NCBI GenBank assembly: GCA_016748015.1
Contig: JAAOMT010000046.1
Location: 372,001-436,000 of the forward strand
Length of the DNA stretch: 64,000 nt
Direction of reading: 5' to 3'
DNA from: Geosiphon pyriformis uo1
Taxonomy: Eukaryota; Fungi; Glomeromycota
Numbering within the stretch: position 1 is the stretch's first letter; each line of letters starts with the position of its first letter. A program made the translations under genes and the position numbers. Below, one piece after another: positions 41,095 to 54,800 of this stretch. The notes beneath the pieces are model-generated. The model was not told the origin of the DNA. It saw only the letters and a list, made by a program, of their open reading frames with translations, and made no database searches.

Positions 41095-41157
41095 TTTGGT
41101 GCTCCCTGTAAGATATAATCCTACAAAGAACCAGCACCAACTACACTCATCTCAAAA

Positions 41158-44100
41158 GTGGCAGAATCAGAAAGTATAGAAGCAAACCATTTAGGATTTG
41201 CAAAATCTTTATTTCAACACTACTGTCAACACTTAAGATTAAACCAAAATCATATATTAGTGAAATCAGTCTTCAATTTCTACATCAATGAGAGAATTGC
41301 ATATTTGTTAGGAACACCAGTAAACACTGAATCAGCAAGAGAAACTTTTTATCATGAATTAATCCAAAACACCAGCCTACCAACAAATTATAATTTTGCA
41401 TCCATTATTACTGAAATTAATAAAGAAATTGAACATCACATACAACAAAAATATCCAATCACTTATGCTAGTAAAGGCAAAGGAAAATTACAAATACCAG
41501 CAGTAACACCAAAACAAATACAACCATCTACTTAGAAGAAAACCAGAGTTGAATCACCAACAAATCCATCATACTACTATATATCTGGAAGCACCATCAA
41601 CATCACATTAACAAGCACATCTATATTACATGTAACATCAACCTTTAAATAATTCCCATTTCAGAATAAACAAAGGAAAGAAGATCTTTTAGGACCATAT
41701 GGCATGTATTTTGAAGAATTTAAGTCCCAATTACCAATGCCATCAAGACTTCAATCTCCACCACCCCAACCAGATTTCGGAACCACGAGTCCCTGGGAAG
41801 TAATGAAATCGGAGAAAAAACAAAAAAAAGAGAAAGAAAAATCTGAAGATCAAGAATTTACTTACCAAAATCTGATCCCAGAGAACCCAAACATTGAAAC
41901 CTCGAATTTCCAGACTCAGCAAAATCTAAATTTAGAAAATCCGGAAATTGAAACTCCGAATTTTCAAATGCAGCCAAATTAGAACGACCAAAACCCCGAC
42001 TTAATTAATTAACAAAACTTATCTCCTGGAATCATCATTAATCAGCCATTAGCCAAACCCATATGACAGCCATTCCAACAACTGCTTCAACAAATTCATT
42101 AGCCATCTGTACCACAACAACAAATGGCATACACACCAATCACAAAGCTCAATAAATTCACTAGTGAAGAAGACAATGCCCAAGTCTGGCTAAATAATGT
42201 AGCTAAAGCAATTACAGCCAATAACTGGGATGATGCTAGAGCCATACAAACAATTCCCTACTTTCTTTAAGACACTGCCAATGCATAGTACCAAAGCCTT
42301 GCCATCAAACCCCAAAATTTTAATGAATTTAAAACCGAATTCTTGAGGTACTTTAGTAACAATAATAGGATCAACAAGTTAGCCAACATCTTCACCACAA
42401 TCAAACAAGAAGAAACTGAAGCAGTTACTACTTACTTGGGATGGTTCTACAGGAACTTATGCCAAATTTAAGTGATCCAAGCTGACTATTTTACAGTGCC
42501 ACAAATTTTAAACCAGTTCATCTGTGGGTTGTACAGTAGCATCCTCTAATGTGTACGCCCAATGCACCCACAAACTCTCTAGGATGCAGTAACCAATACA
42601 CGAGATTTTAAAGCAGCTAAACTAGAAGCCAATTATGCTCAAGCTATAAACCTGGTCATGAATGGATTATCTGAATTGGATTCCAAATTGAAACAATTCA
42701 GTGATTCAATTAATCAGAAATTGGAAGAATACTTAGTTGACAATTGCACAATATATTAATTACTACAATGATGCAATAATTCTGAAAACATGGATTGTTT
42801 TCAGAATCAGTCGCATTCAACATCCTTGACCAATCAACAGTGGCAGCAAGAAATACATATTTGCCACTATTGTGGTAGACAAGAACATTTGCAATTTGAA
42901 TGTCAAAAAAGGATAAGTGACCAGAGATCAGTTAATCAGTATTAAAACTCTGATTGCTGACTACAAACTCAGAATTATGTCAGTAATCAATCAAACCCAG
43001 CTTTATATCAACAAAATTATCTACTTATGATACAGTTGATATATCAAACACCAATGATGCAGCAATTATATTCACCTCCAGTCTATCAGCCTTCAGCAGC
43101 AATTTATCAACCACAGTCCCAACCCAATTATCAGCTGCAGTCTCAGATAAATTATCTGCCTCAACAACATCAAAAACTGCCACAGAACTTACCTCAAAAC
43201 AGAACTCAAAGACCAAGATTAACACAGCAAAGCTGGAGATTATCGATGGTAGTCCATTAACTGATCCCCAGTTCCATAGCACAACCATCAGGATCTCAAC
43301 CATAGAATTCAGGCACCAGGTATGCCCAAAACCCGAATTTTCAGAACTATTTAAGTTTCCTGGTTACCCCAGAAGATGCCCCACCCAATAATCTAGAAAC
43401 CAACCAAAAACAATCACTCACCAACAACATATCTCCAGCCACCGTCACCAACAATAAATCACTAGCAGTGATTTTTTCATTTGAACTTGAAGAAACTACA
43501 CCAGTTCCATTATTCAGTAGAGTCACTTTTGACACCAAACCAATCACCGTTATGTACACTGATGCCAAAGTCGATGGCCACTCCATCAAACTAATCCTAG
43601 ATAGTGGATTAGCTGGCAGCATTATTACAAAGCAACTCATAGACCAATTAGGTCGCCAAGTTGATTGCGCTGCCAGCACCAGAATCATAACCACCAATAA
43701 AGCAACCAAAACTCCCATTGGTGAGATCAATGACTTTTCTATAAAAGTCAACAGCATCATTGTACCAATCAAAGTATTAGTCATGAAAGCCACCCAATAC
43801 CAAACACTCATTGGTAATGATTGACTATCTAAAACCAACACATCACTTGATTGGAATATGCAGGAGCTTCAAATCAGCCAGAACAAACAACACACATGTG
43901 TACCAGCCATGTGTGGCTACTTTATGATTACCAACTTGACAGCACCACTCATAGAGTTCGAAGAAAAAAAAAAAAACCTACCTGGGAAGCTTATTAAGTA
44001 TCCTGGGCTGATGAAGAACACAATGAGCTGCTACCAGTACCTTTGTGAAACGACAATAACAGGAAAAAAAAGAAAAGAGAAGAACTTATCTAAAACACTG

Positions 44101-47100
44101 ACCAAAACTGGGAAACCCATAATGATCAGGACAAATTATCAACAACCTAGGAATGGGAAAAGGATAAAATAAAAGAAAAAGGGAAAGAAGAAAATTCCAT
44201 ATCAACCCCTATTCACTCTACATATACATACACAACACCACAATTAAGCTATCATTGTCCAAAACTCATATGTGTTAATTGCAACAAGAATTGTTGTTAA
44301 TGGGTGCGTGTTGTGGCAATGATGAGAAATACTCAACAACAACCAAATTCTATTGCTGTGTGTGCATCATAGAATGCTTTGGATGTTCAAAACAAAAAGA
44401 GAAATGGGACAATGAATCATGCTTGGCTTGTAGTGAAACTCTTCTTGATGAAGGAATGTGGAATGACATTCCTGGGTGAAGAGAAATGTGCGACAAATTG
44501 TGTTAATACATGATTCTCATAAGCGACTGGATAAGAAAAAGAATGCCCATAGATGCTGCCTGGAGACAAGCCATTAAATGTCTAAACGGATGTCCACACA
44601 ACGATGATAAAATCTGGCAAATGGCACTTGCCAAAATCGAAGGAACAACCCCAAAAAAATAAAGACAATCAAAGATAATCCACCTAAACCCATAGAACTT
44701 GACTGGAACCCAAAACCAGTCATAAATCTACTAGATCCAGAACAATTCCACAAACACTACCAGGAATTAACACTCACTAGAGAGGAACAAGAACAAAGGT
44801 TAGAAAAAATTAATACTTGATTATGTGATCATTGTTTAATTCCCTGTAACTTCGAATATTGTAATAAGTGTGATTTCATTTACAATCCACCATCACACAT
44901 AATCTACATAATCCCAGAGAAAGAAAAACCAATCAGCAGCTGTGTATCAGAATTAGAATCAGTTTTCAATCCCAATTTAGACTCCGACAATAATGATAAT
45001 GAAAATAATGGTTCCAGCTCCATTCAAAATGGCAATAACAATAACAACAATTCCAATTGAGATTCAAACTCTAATTCAAATTATGAACAATATATCATGC
45101 TTTCTGACTTCACTAAGGAGCAGAAACTAAAATGGTTCAGCAATAATGATGAAAGTATTATGCCAGAATGTGCACATAATACTAATGCAGAGTTTAATCT
45201 AAGATATCCAGGGAAAGATTCCATCAAATTGGAACCATATTCGTGCACTTGCATCAATCTGAAAATAGCACTAGAAATTCCAGCAACAACAATGGTTCAA
45301 CTAGCATTCAGGAGTAGTTTAGTGAAAAAGGAAATTAACATTAGAAGAGAAATAATTGATGCAGAATACATAGGAAATATTATTGCTATGCTACAAAATA
45401 ATTTAGAAAAGGCATATACCATAGATCCTAACAAAAAGATAACACAGGCAATATTCCTATCTCTGGTGAAAATAGCTCAATTAGTGTCAGTGGAAAACAG
45501 GAAGGAATTAGGAATTACAGCTAGAGGAATATAGGGATTTGGATCAACAGATAGAATAGATATACCAGTCAATATGGCAGAGAAAAAAATTGTTGACAAA
45601 AAAAAAATTATCTCAACCCATCAAGCAATTTTCATTCTATCATATGACCAGTATATGTTAGCCATAAAAAGAAAAGTAAAGAATCAAGCTCAATTGTTTG
45701 AAACAGAAGCCACCATTTGTGAATCAGGAGAGATTGGACTTATCAATCTTTACATCTTAGCCAACAGCCCAAAAAATATTAAAATTTTCATCCACAACAC
45801 AACTGAAAACATCATTGAAATACTAAAAAAAACCATCATTGGATATTTAACCACTGAAGTTAAGAATCAACCACCAAACCACATTCCAGATTTTTCACAA
45901 CTGTGTAGATATGTAGACATCACATCACAAACCATCTACAGACAAAGTAAATGCTATCTGCTCCAACCAGAACAATTGGAACAGATAAACATGGGAAATC
46001 TAAACCCACTCCAACAGATGCAACTAAAGATGTTACTCAGCAACTTCAATAACATTTTTGCTAGCAAAAATAAATTTGGCCACACCAACATCATCCAGCA
46101 TCAAATTAAAACTAGAGATGCAATGCCAATTAAACAAAGAACATACAGAGTACCACCAGCTAGCCATGAGATCATTTATCAAGAAATCAATTGGATGCTT
46201 GACAATGGGCTAATTCAGCCATCAATGAGTCCATGGTCATCACCAATGGTACTAGTCTAGAAAAAAAATGGAAAAATTTGCTTTTGTGTAGATTACCAGA
46301 AATTGAATGAAGTAACCAAAAGAAACAACTACCCAACTCCAAAGATTCAAGAACTATTTGATGCTTTTGGAGAAAACAAATGGTTCTCGACACTGGATCT
46401 AGATAGTGACTACTGGCAAGTAGTCATGAATTCAGCTGACAAAGAAAAGACTGCATTTACAACAAGAGAAAGGAATTTTGAATTTGAAGTCATGTCATTT
46501 GGCTTGATGAACGCTCTAGCAACATTCCAATGGCTCATGGAAATTGTATATACTGGACTACTATGGAAATCAGTAGTTATATACTTAGACAACACCAATG
46601 TATTTTCAAAAACATTTGATGATTATCTGCATCACCTCCAGCAAATGTTTGAAAGACTAAGAAAAGTCAGATTGAAACTAAATGCAATAAAGTGTTTCTT
46701 TGGAAAAACTGAACTCAAGTTTTTGGGACATATTGTAAGCAAAGATGGTATCAAAATGGATCCAGATAAGATTGCAATAGTAAAGAACTTTCTAGTACCA
46801 ACAAACTTGCCAGAACTAAGGGCATTTTTGGGATTCACAGACTATTATTACCACTTCATCAAGAACTTTTCCAAACTAGCTCAGCCACTTTACTAGCTAC
46901 AAACTAAGAATATAAAGTATGAATGGACTGAAGCTCAACAAAAAGCATTTGACACATTGAAAAGAAAGCTTATTCAAGCTTCAGTGTTGATGTATCTAGA
47001 CCACAGCAAACCATTTATTATTACTATGGATGCATTAGGTCAAGCATTGAGAGTAGTACTATCACAGAAAAGACCAGATAGAAGAAAACATCCAGTAGCT

Positions 47101-47927
47101 TATGTCAGTAGAAGCTTAAGTCCAGCCAAAAAGAACTATTATCAAATCAAGGAACTCACTTTGTAAACAGAACACTGGCAGAATTAAGTTAAAGATTTGG
47201 AATTAAAAGACCATTATCATTGCCATATCATCCACAAACCAATAAACTAGTTGAAAAATTCAATAGAACATTGTGTGAAGCAATCGCTAAAATCAGTCAA
47301 GAAAACCAAGACAAATGGGATTTGTTCATATCATCAGTATTATTTGCTTATCGGACAATAAAGCAAGATACCACACAAGCAACACCATTTGAACTAGTAT
47401 ACAGTAGAACAGCAACATTACCAGTTGAGATAAAGGTCAATACATATCCAACTGAACCAATAACAGAAGATAATTTTCAAGAAACATTGTTGAAAAGAAC
47501 ATATAACTTAATGAAAACACTAGAAAACAGATGACAAAAAGCAGCTGACAACATACAAAAGTAACAAGAGAAACAAAAAGAGAGACATGATAACCAACTA
47601 CCAAACAAACCAGTTGAATTCAAGATTGGAGACAAAGTACTTCTACATCATACTAAAGCGGAAAAACAATAAAGTAGAAAATTTGATTCCAAATGGGATG
47701 GACCATTTCACATTAAAAAAATTCTTGGAAATGGAGCTTACAAATTAAGATGAAACAACAAAATCTTAGCCAAAGCAGCACATGGTGATTGACTAAAACA
47801 ATATTACCAGATAGCATTATCATCTACTAATAACATTCCACAACTAGAAGTACAAAGAATACTAGTTCAACCAGATGAAATTCCACGAGATCTGAAACCA
47901 ATCATAGTTATTGAACTAAACACATAA
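41158..47927 (+). pseudogene. Gypsy-2 gag-pol (Gag, PR, Cys-rich, dUTPase, RT, truncated RH/IN)
   Basis: ORF fragments at 41158, 41704, 43027, 43468, 43858, 45097, 45574, 46303 and 46957 all lie in one reading frame. Confidence 0.88.
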
Positions 47928-47986
47928 AATCAAACAATCAGAGAGTATATAAAGACACAGTATATGCGATAAAAGCAATTAAGAAA

Positions 47987-48634
47987 ATAGAAATACCAGA
48001 TCACATTCACACTATAGCTCAACAACTGTTCCAGGCCTTAAGTCAACAACAGTTAGACATGAAAATTATCATTAACAACCAAACAATTTGCTATCAAAAC
48101 ACTAAAAAAAAGACAAAGAACACACCATATCAGTGGGTACCAAAGAATAATAAAAACTGGTCAGATAACATAATAGAAAAAGTAAAAAACATGTTTGAGA
48201 AAATACCTATTATAGCACCAACAAAAGAACTTATAAAAGAAAATTGGAGCAATGAACAGAACAACTTCTAATATCATATTATTACTACCAGTTAGGTCGA
48301 AAGTTGAATATTCAGGAGTTATATATTGACAAATCTAAGAGAATATTCAACCAAGACATAATACAACAAATTGAAGAATTTATCAGAAAGAAAATGAATT
48401 CAATACTACATGTTAGAACAATGTACCAACTACACAACATATTTCGAAACTATCCAGAAATACTGTTACATTCTGACATGGAAACCATAACCATTAACCA
48501 ATAGGGAAAAATGAATAATACACAAGTGGAAGACGTGAAAAACAGAGTCAAACAAACAATACTTGAAAAAAAAGTATTAGAATTAATTCAAAACAAAAAT
48601 TCAATGAAGCTCAATATTAAAAAGAAGGAGATAA
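47987..48634 (+). pseudogene. Extra 3' ORF (ORF3), Gypsy-2, preceded by GTATATAAA (47945-47953)
   Basis: (M>I)EIPDHIHTIAQQLFQALSQQQLDMKIIINNQTICYQN is in frame with ORF 48059..48271, continues as 48304..48504 and runs up to the PPT. Confidence 0.65.
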
Positions 48635-49513
48635 TGTTACTCATAGAAAAAAAACAGATATAGAAAAATAGGAGACTAATAGGAAAATAGTAGTTAGCAT
48701 GTGAGCACATTGTTCAGCAATGTGGAGCAATATCAGAAAGTATAGCACATTGTTTAGCAATGTGGAGCAATATTAGAAATCATAGCACATCACTCAGCAA
48801 TGTGGAGCAATGTCAAGAAAATACAGCACATTGTTTAGCAATGTGAGTATTGCTTGAAAAATTATAGCACATCACTTGGGAATGTGAACAATTTTGTAGA
48901 ACCCAAATTATGTATATATAGTGGTAGCATTAGAAATAGAAAAGACAGATCTCTCAGTTTAGATTTGATCTAAGCAACCTTCCATTTACAAATATCAATA
49001 AATAATTATTCATCATCTTAATCTACTCTCCACTATCAACACTTCATGTTGATAGTAAGTGATACTTAATCACATAAAAACAATAGCTCTTGATCATAAC
49101 TATTGACAGGATACTAACTTGCAATTGCTTTCATTTATTTCTTTATTTTTATTTTTTATTTTCTTTGTTTTGTTATTTTATTGGTTTTACTAACTGATTA
49201 AAAATTAAGTGCTGAGTTATTAACGTCAAGGATAGTCTGGTAAAAGACCCCAAAGGAAGGGTATAAGAATTTAGAATTTAAGAATAGCTTACCAGAAGGG
49301 TATTTCTGTCAAGATTACCAGCCACTATGCTGAGAAAAAAATTCAATGGAATTGCGATTCTGGAAGGCTATGGAAAAGACAATACTTAAATCTTTGTTTA
49401 TTATACAAAGGACTCCACAACAAAACCTTCAGATATTGACACCAGAATACCAACCCAGCACCAAGTTATGGATTTGTTATTTGACTTGAGACCTCAAATA
49501 ATCATCTGTAACA
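48635..49513 (+). repeat. Gypsy-2 3' LTR
   Basis: TGTTAC...GTAACA. Confidence 0.92.
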
Positions 49514-51807
49514 GTGATTCTAACTGAGATCTTAGATGAAATTTCTACTGTTTTATTTGACATGTCATCTAAGATAAGCCAAGATCTATTACTGGCTGTA
49601 TTGCCAAATGTGGTGTTTTTCAGCAGATTCTTGCCAGTTCTGAAAGCAAAACATTCATTTTTTATTGGGTTATCTATTCTTGGAAACTGGGCTGATTAGA
49701 TGAAAACTGAATTATTTTCTCTGGTTTTTAATACTGCTACTAGTGATGCTTAGAAAATTATTACTAGTTGTCAAAGATTTACTGGATGGGTGGTCTCTAC
49801 TTTAGTGTCTGGTGTTACTTTCAAAATCAAATTGGCTTATGTTAAAGCTGTTTTTTAGTCTATATATGGTTTTTTAGATACAAAGTCTGTTTTAAAAGAC
49901 AATGTGAAGCTCTTTTGCATAAAATTTGCTTCTCAAAGTTTTTTAGATGCTGCATTTCTGGTTGAGTTCACAAACTTTGTTTACTTTATTACTCTCAAAA
50001 TTGCCAAATCTTTGGTAGTTTCTGAGTTTGGTTTTTTTTCTTCTGCTATTATGCTACATAACATGCTTTTGGGTATGTTTGCTGTTAATATTAAATCAGC
50101 TCTTGGTGTTTTTAGTGAAGTTTCTTATGTTGTGCTAAAGCCTGCTGGTATTTGGTAATATGTGGTCATTTATTTTAAAAAATTAAATACTGCTGCTTTT
50201 GCTTTTACTTACTGGTTAATTTTGGTGAACAAAAATAGGGTTCAAATTTTTTTTCTTATTAATCAAAATAAGATGATTTTGTTTTGTGATTGGTTCAAAG
50301 CCAAGTTGGTTAATCTTCTTTCTGGCTGTATTGTTTTTAAGATTAGTGATATGATCTCTCAGATTGGTGGCCAGGCTTGTTTTATTTTTTGTTCACCTAA
50401 TTTTGGTTGTTGTTTCTAATTTGCTCTGGTTACATTTGGTTCTTAAGTTGATTTAGACTTTGCAGTTGCCAAGACTAGTATCTTGAGAAAGTGCCATATT
50501 TGGTGAAAAACTTCTGGTTGTTGACACTGCTTTAGGTATCAAAAAGTGGATTATTTGGTTGTGAACTGCAAAGTTTTTTCACTTTCTCCTCTCAAGGTTC
50601 CTAAGGTGTTTAAAACATGTTTTGTGAATAGTGTTTTTTATGCAAAGACTTTGTTTTCTTGGGTTTTTCTGAGTTTCTTTTCTTGGCAGCTTCTACTTCT
50701 TCTTCTATAATTGTTGATAATTTTTTGGTGTCTTTTTTAAAATCTGATTTGGTCAAGCTTTCTGCTTTGGTTAAATTTATTGTTAAATTAGTTGGTTCTT
50801 TGATCAAATTGTTCAAACAATTTATTAATGGAGATTTGGTCTTAAGCAATAAACTTGGCCTTAAAGTCAATGAGATTCTAGTACATATAGTTTCTTTTAG
50901 TAAAGTTGTTGATAAATTGGGGAGAGAGATAGTTTTTTTAAAAAAAAAGTACTATATAGAGAATGTTGATATGTTTGGTAATTCAAAGCACTCAGTTGGT
51001 TTGGATGATAAGATGTTTTCTAATTTGATGTCTTTTTGGGAACATAAATCTATTAATGTTAAAGCTAATGTTTTGAAGACAGCTAAATAGCTGGTTGGAT
51101 TGGTTTTTTGCAGTGCTACTTTGTTTTTTATCATTCAAAAAATGTTATCTTTGAGTAAGTTTTCTTTTAATACATCAATATAATATAGCCTGAACTGGCT
51201 CAAGTAGCTGGTTACATGTAGAAAGCACATAAACCATATTTAATTTAAGACTCTACATAGTTATATTGTATTAGATAGTAATTGGATCTTGCTTATTAAA
51301 CTTTAATAAAAAAAAATTTATTATTAATTTAAAAAAATTTACTAGCAAAAAAACAACATTTAAGCTTAACTTAATAATATAGAAAAAATTATTATTGTTA
51401 ATAATTAAGACAATATTAAAGCTTTTTAAGTAATATTATACTTTTTTTAAAATACTATAAACTTATAATACCAAGGTTTATCTAAAAACCACCCAATTTT
51501 AATGATTTTAAAACAGTATTTTTCTAATATTTTAGCAATTACAATAGTATTATCTAATTGTAAAAATATTAAACACAATTAAACAAAAAAATAATAAAGT
51601 TATTATTATTTATTTAAGATAATTTTATTATTATTTATATTAAATTTAGATAATTAATATTAATTATTTTTTTATTTTTTTTATTAAGCTTTTATAAGTG
51701 CAGCCCAACTACTACCTAAGTACATAGAATTAACAAGACTTTAAATTAAGTGTGGCTTATATGTTGTCAACATATAACTGGCCACTTGGGCCAAGTCAAG
51801 GCAACAC

Positions 51808-54800
51808 TATGTATTCAAACTTTTTAGCACAGGAAAGTCATGCAAAAAACCAAAATACAAGCTCACTAAACTAGGATATAAACCAAAACAAATGTGTATG
51901 CCCAACCTGATACTAAAATCAAAAACCATTTTACAAGATTACACGGACACCAAACTAGATACAGTCAGAAACTCAAAGCCATCTCTTAGCAAAAGGCCAT
52001 GTTTTTTATAATACACTCTCAATTTGGCAGTCAATATCCAAATAAAAAATTGATAACTTTCCATAAACTCACAGACCAGATTAATAACCAACAAACTTCT
52101 GCTGGATTCAGGGCCTAACAAACGCCTTGTGTTAGCCACTCATTCTTTCAACACAAAACCCTTGGCCAGAGTCATATACAAACTATTTGACAGTTCAACA
52201 TCATGCAAAGAGCAAGTCACAGCATAATTAACATCACCAATTTCAGGCAAGCCAGTCCACATTTTAATTGTGTTAGAAATCAACTTTCTTTTGGAATTAA
52301 CATTCCAGATGCACAAGAATGTATGGTCAGAATCTTTAATCAAACCACAATGGATGCACACCACACTAGGATAACTTGGTCTGTACCATTTTTTCTTCAC
52401 AGCCATAGGCAGCCTATGATGGAGAGCTTTCATAAAATAAGATCTCAGTATCACAGTAACAAAGCTAAAAAAACCAGAGCAGATACTACTATTGGAGTGC
52501 CAAACTCGAAAGATTTGGTGTATATCAAATTGTTTGACAAGATTTAAATCAATGACACCACCCATACACTTGGACTCTCAGCCAACAAAATTAACAGTAT
52601 TAAATAGATGCTGTATAAACCGACAAGCATTTCCAGAAACAGGTTGGCCTTTCACAGCAAAAAATTGACATGCCACACTGACTGGCAGCACAAACTTAGA
52701 TTTAGTGGCAGCATTAGTAAAAAAGTTGGCATACTCATTACCAACAACCCCAGAGTAACTCTTGACTTTATTCCAGCAAACCAAAAGTTTTTTAGAAGCA
52801 ATAGTGAAACAAATGTGTTCTTTCTCAATCCAACATTTATTGCAAAAATCGGGACCAATAGAATTGACCAACAAAGCACACATGTTCAAGGAAGTTTGGC
52901 TATTCATAAACAACATAACTGAGCTTGAAACTGGAATGCATTCTTAAGCAAGAGCAATGGCCTGAAGTTCTGCCAGAGTCAAAGAAAGTAAGCCATATAT
53001 TCTAACCTCCACACTCAAGTCAATGTCCAAGAAGTGCGCAGTAATATCACCATAAGCACCTGCAGAATCCAAACCCTTGACTGACCCATCTGTGTACACA
53101 CTTATAATACCAGACTCATTCTCAACAAGACAACCATTAATAAAGCCAAAATTGCATAAGTGTATGTCTAAAATAGAATGGTGGATTAACACACCAACAC
53201 CAGCTAGACCACCACTTGAAATAAATAAGATTAAAGAGATGAACCAACCAGAAACCTAACCTCTGGGATTCAGTCTTTTTCATTTGTGAAAAGTGCTTTA
53301 AGTGAAGCACATGTTATTACAATCCAGAAGCTAATTTGTAAACACAATTCTGAATTTTCTCAAAAAGGCAACCATGTTTAAGTATTACATCATGCCTAAA
53401 ACATTAGCAACAAGAACACCAACACCAAACTGGAAAACATTAAGAATATTATTGACCAATGAAGACCCACATAATGCATGTGTGTTGGTCATGCTGATTA
53501 GAAAACAATTAATTGGATTAATTGACAATTTAAACGGAAAACTAAGGAGTTGCCAAGGCATCCAGCTGACAGTCTGTAAATCCATGGTTTTGTGCTTGAA
53601 CAACTTGCTGAGAATGCTACCAAAATTGGTGAAACTAACCACACTGGCTAATAGATTTTTGGCTTGCAACTGGCCAAAAGACTTGAGACCATACAGCTCA
53701 GGATAATATATAGTCTCATTGGAGAAATTTTTAGGTAAGTTGGCCTTGAGTTTCAGCTCTTTTCTAAGCAGTCCGTTCTATTTCTTACACACATGCATCA
53801 AAACATAGCTGAATTGGATTCTGTAACTAACAATGGCTAAAGCACAGCAGACACCAGATACAAAAATTGCTTGTCTAAAATGGCCTTTCTCAATATTAGA
53901 TTGGTAAAAAATCGAACATCTGAGTGTGTTTTGGCAAGACTGGGTATAGAGAAACCATCTGTAGACAAAAAAATGTCTAAGTATCTATGTGGTTTCTTTT
54001 TTTTGCTATCAAAATGGCAGATCCACTAATAAACAGCTGAAAATTCTCTACTCTCATGTTGATGAGTATGGTGACCATTTTATTTATGTTGATAAAGATG
54101 TCATTAATCCCAAAAAACTCACTTGCTATATTCAAAATGTTCTGAGTAGTAATTATACTATTTTCGATTCATATTGTGTCATCTATAAAAGCCCCAGCAG
54201 TCAGAAAGGATGTCAAGCCATCTTTAAAATCCGGCTTGCTGGATTTAGTAAAAAATTTTGAATTCAACCTATATCCAAATAAATTACCACAATGCTTAAT
54301 CTCACAGAGCAAAGGATCATAAAAGATCTTCCACAACAAAAATGAGAAAACTTCTTCTTGATCAAAACAATTATGGACAATATAACTATCTGTGAGTCCA
54401 AAGTCAGTCATAACTCAATTGAATCTGCTATTGTGTAGACTGCCAAAAAACCTAATAAAGCAGAGACACATCTTGATTTTAGCCAGACTATTACACAGAT
54501 GAAACCACTCAACAGAATCATACATCTTATACATATCCTGAAAAACCAGCCATAGCTCTCTATTTTTTTCCAAAGCATCCTCAACAATTAAACCAATAGC
54601 AAAAATTGGGGTTTGTATAGATGTATCTTTCAAAACTAAGAAATTGTTACCTTGCAGAACATCAAACTTACTACAAGCTACAGAGATTCTGTCAGACAAT
54701 ATTTTAGACAATATCTTTCAAGATGTTTCAATCAAAGCAATTGGTCTGGTGTTAGTAAGAGTCTCTTCCCAATTATATGGTTTCAGAATCATAGATACCT

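Larger units (their letters stand above)
40219..49513 (+). mobile_element. Gypsy-2: Ty3/Gypsy element with dUTPase, an internal RH-IN deletion and no TSD
   Basis: LTRs 40219-41094 and 48635-49513; PBS TGGTGCTCCCTG at 41097; PPT AAAAAGAAGGAGATAA. Motifs: LILDSGLAGS protease, dUTPase 45097..45550, RT VVIYLDN, integrase PYHPQTN. Confidence 0.93.
29570..51316 (+). mobile_element. ORF1-only LINE-related element (family A), in pieces 29570-30154, 40078-40218, 49514-51316, interrupted by Gypsy-1 and Gypsy-2
   Basis: One degenerate ORF with RRM-like segments (KPAGIW.YVVIYFKK, KAKLVNL..GC..FKISDMISQIGGQACFI), a CCHC remnant (~50525-50570) and a coiled-coil C-terminus. It is followed directly by the LINE-type 3' tail and an A-run at ~51306-51316. 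No EN or RT. Confidence 0.8.
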
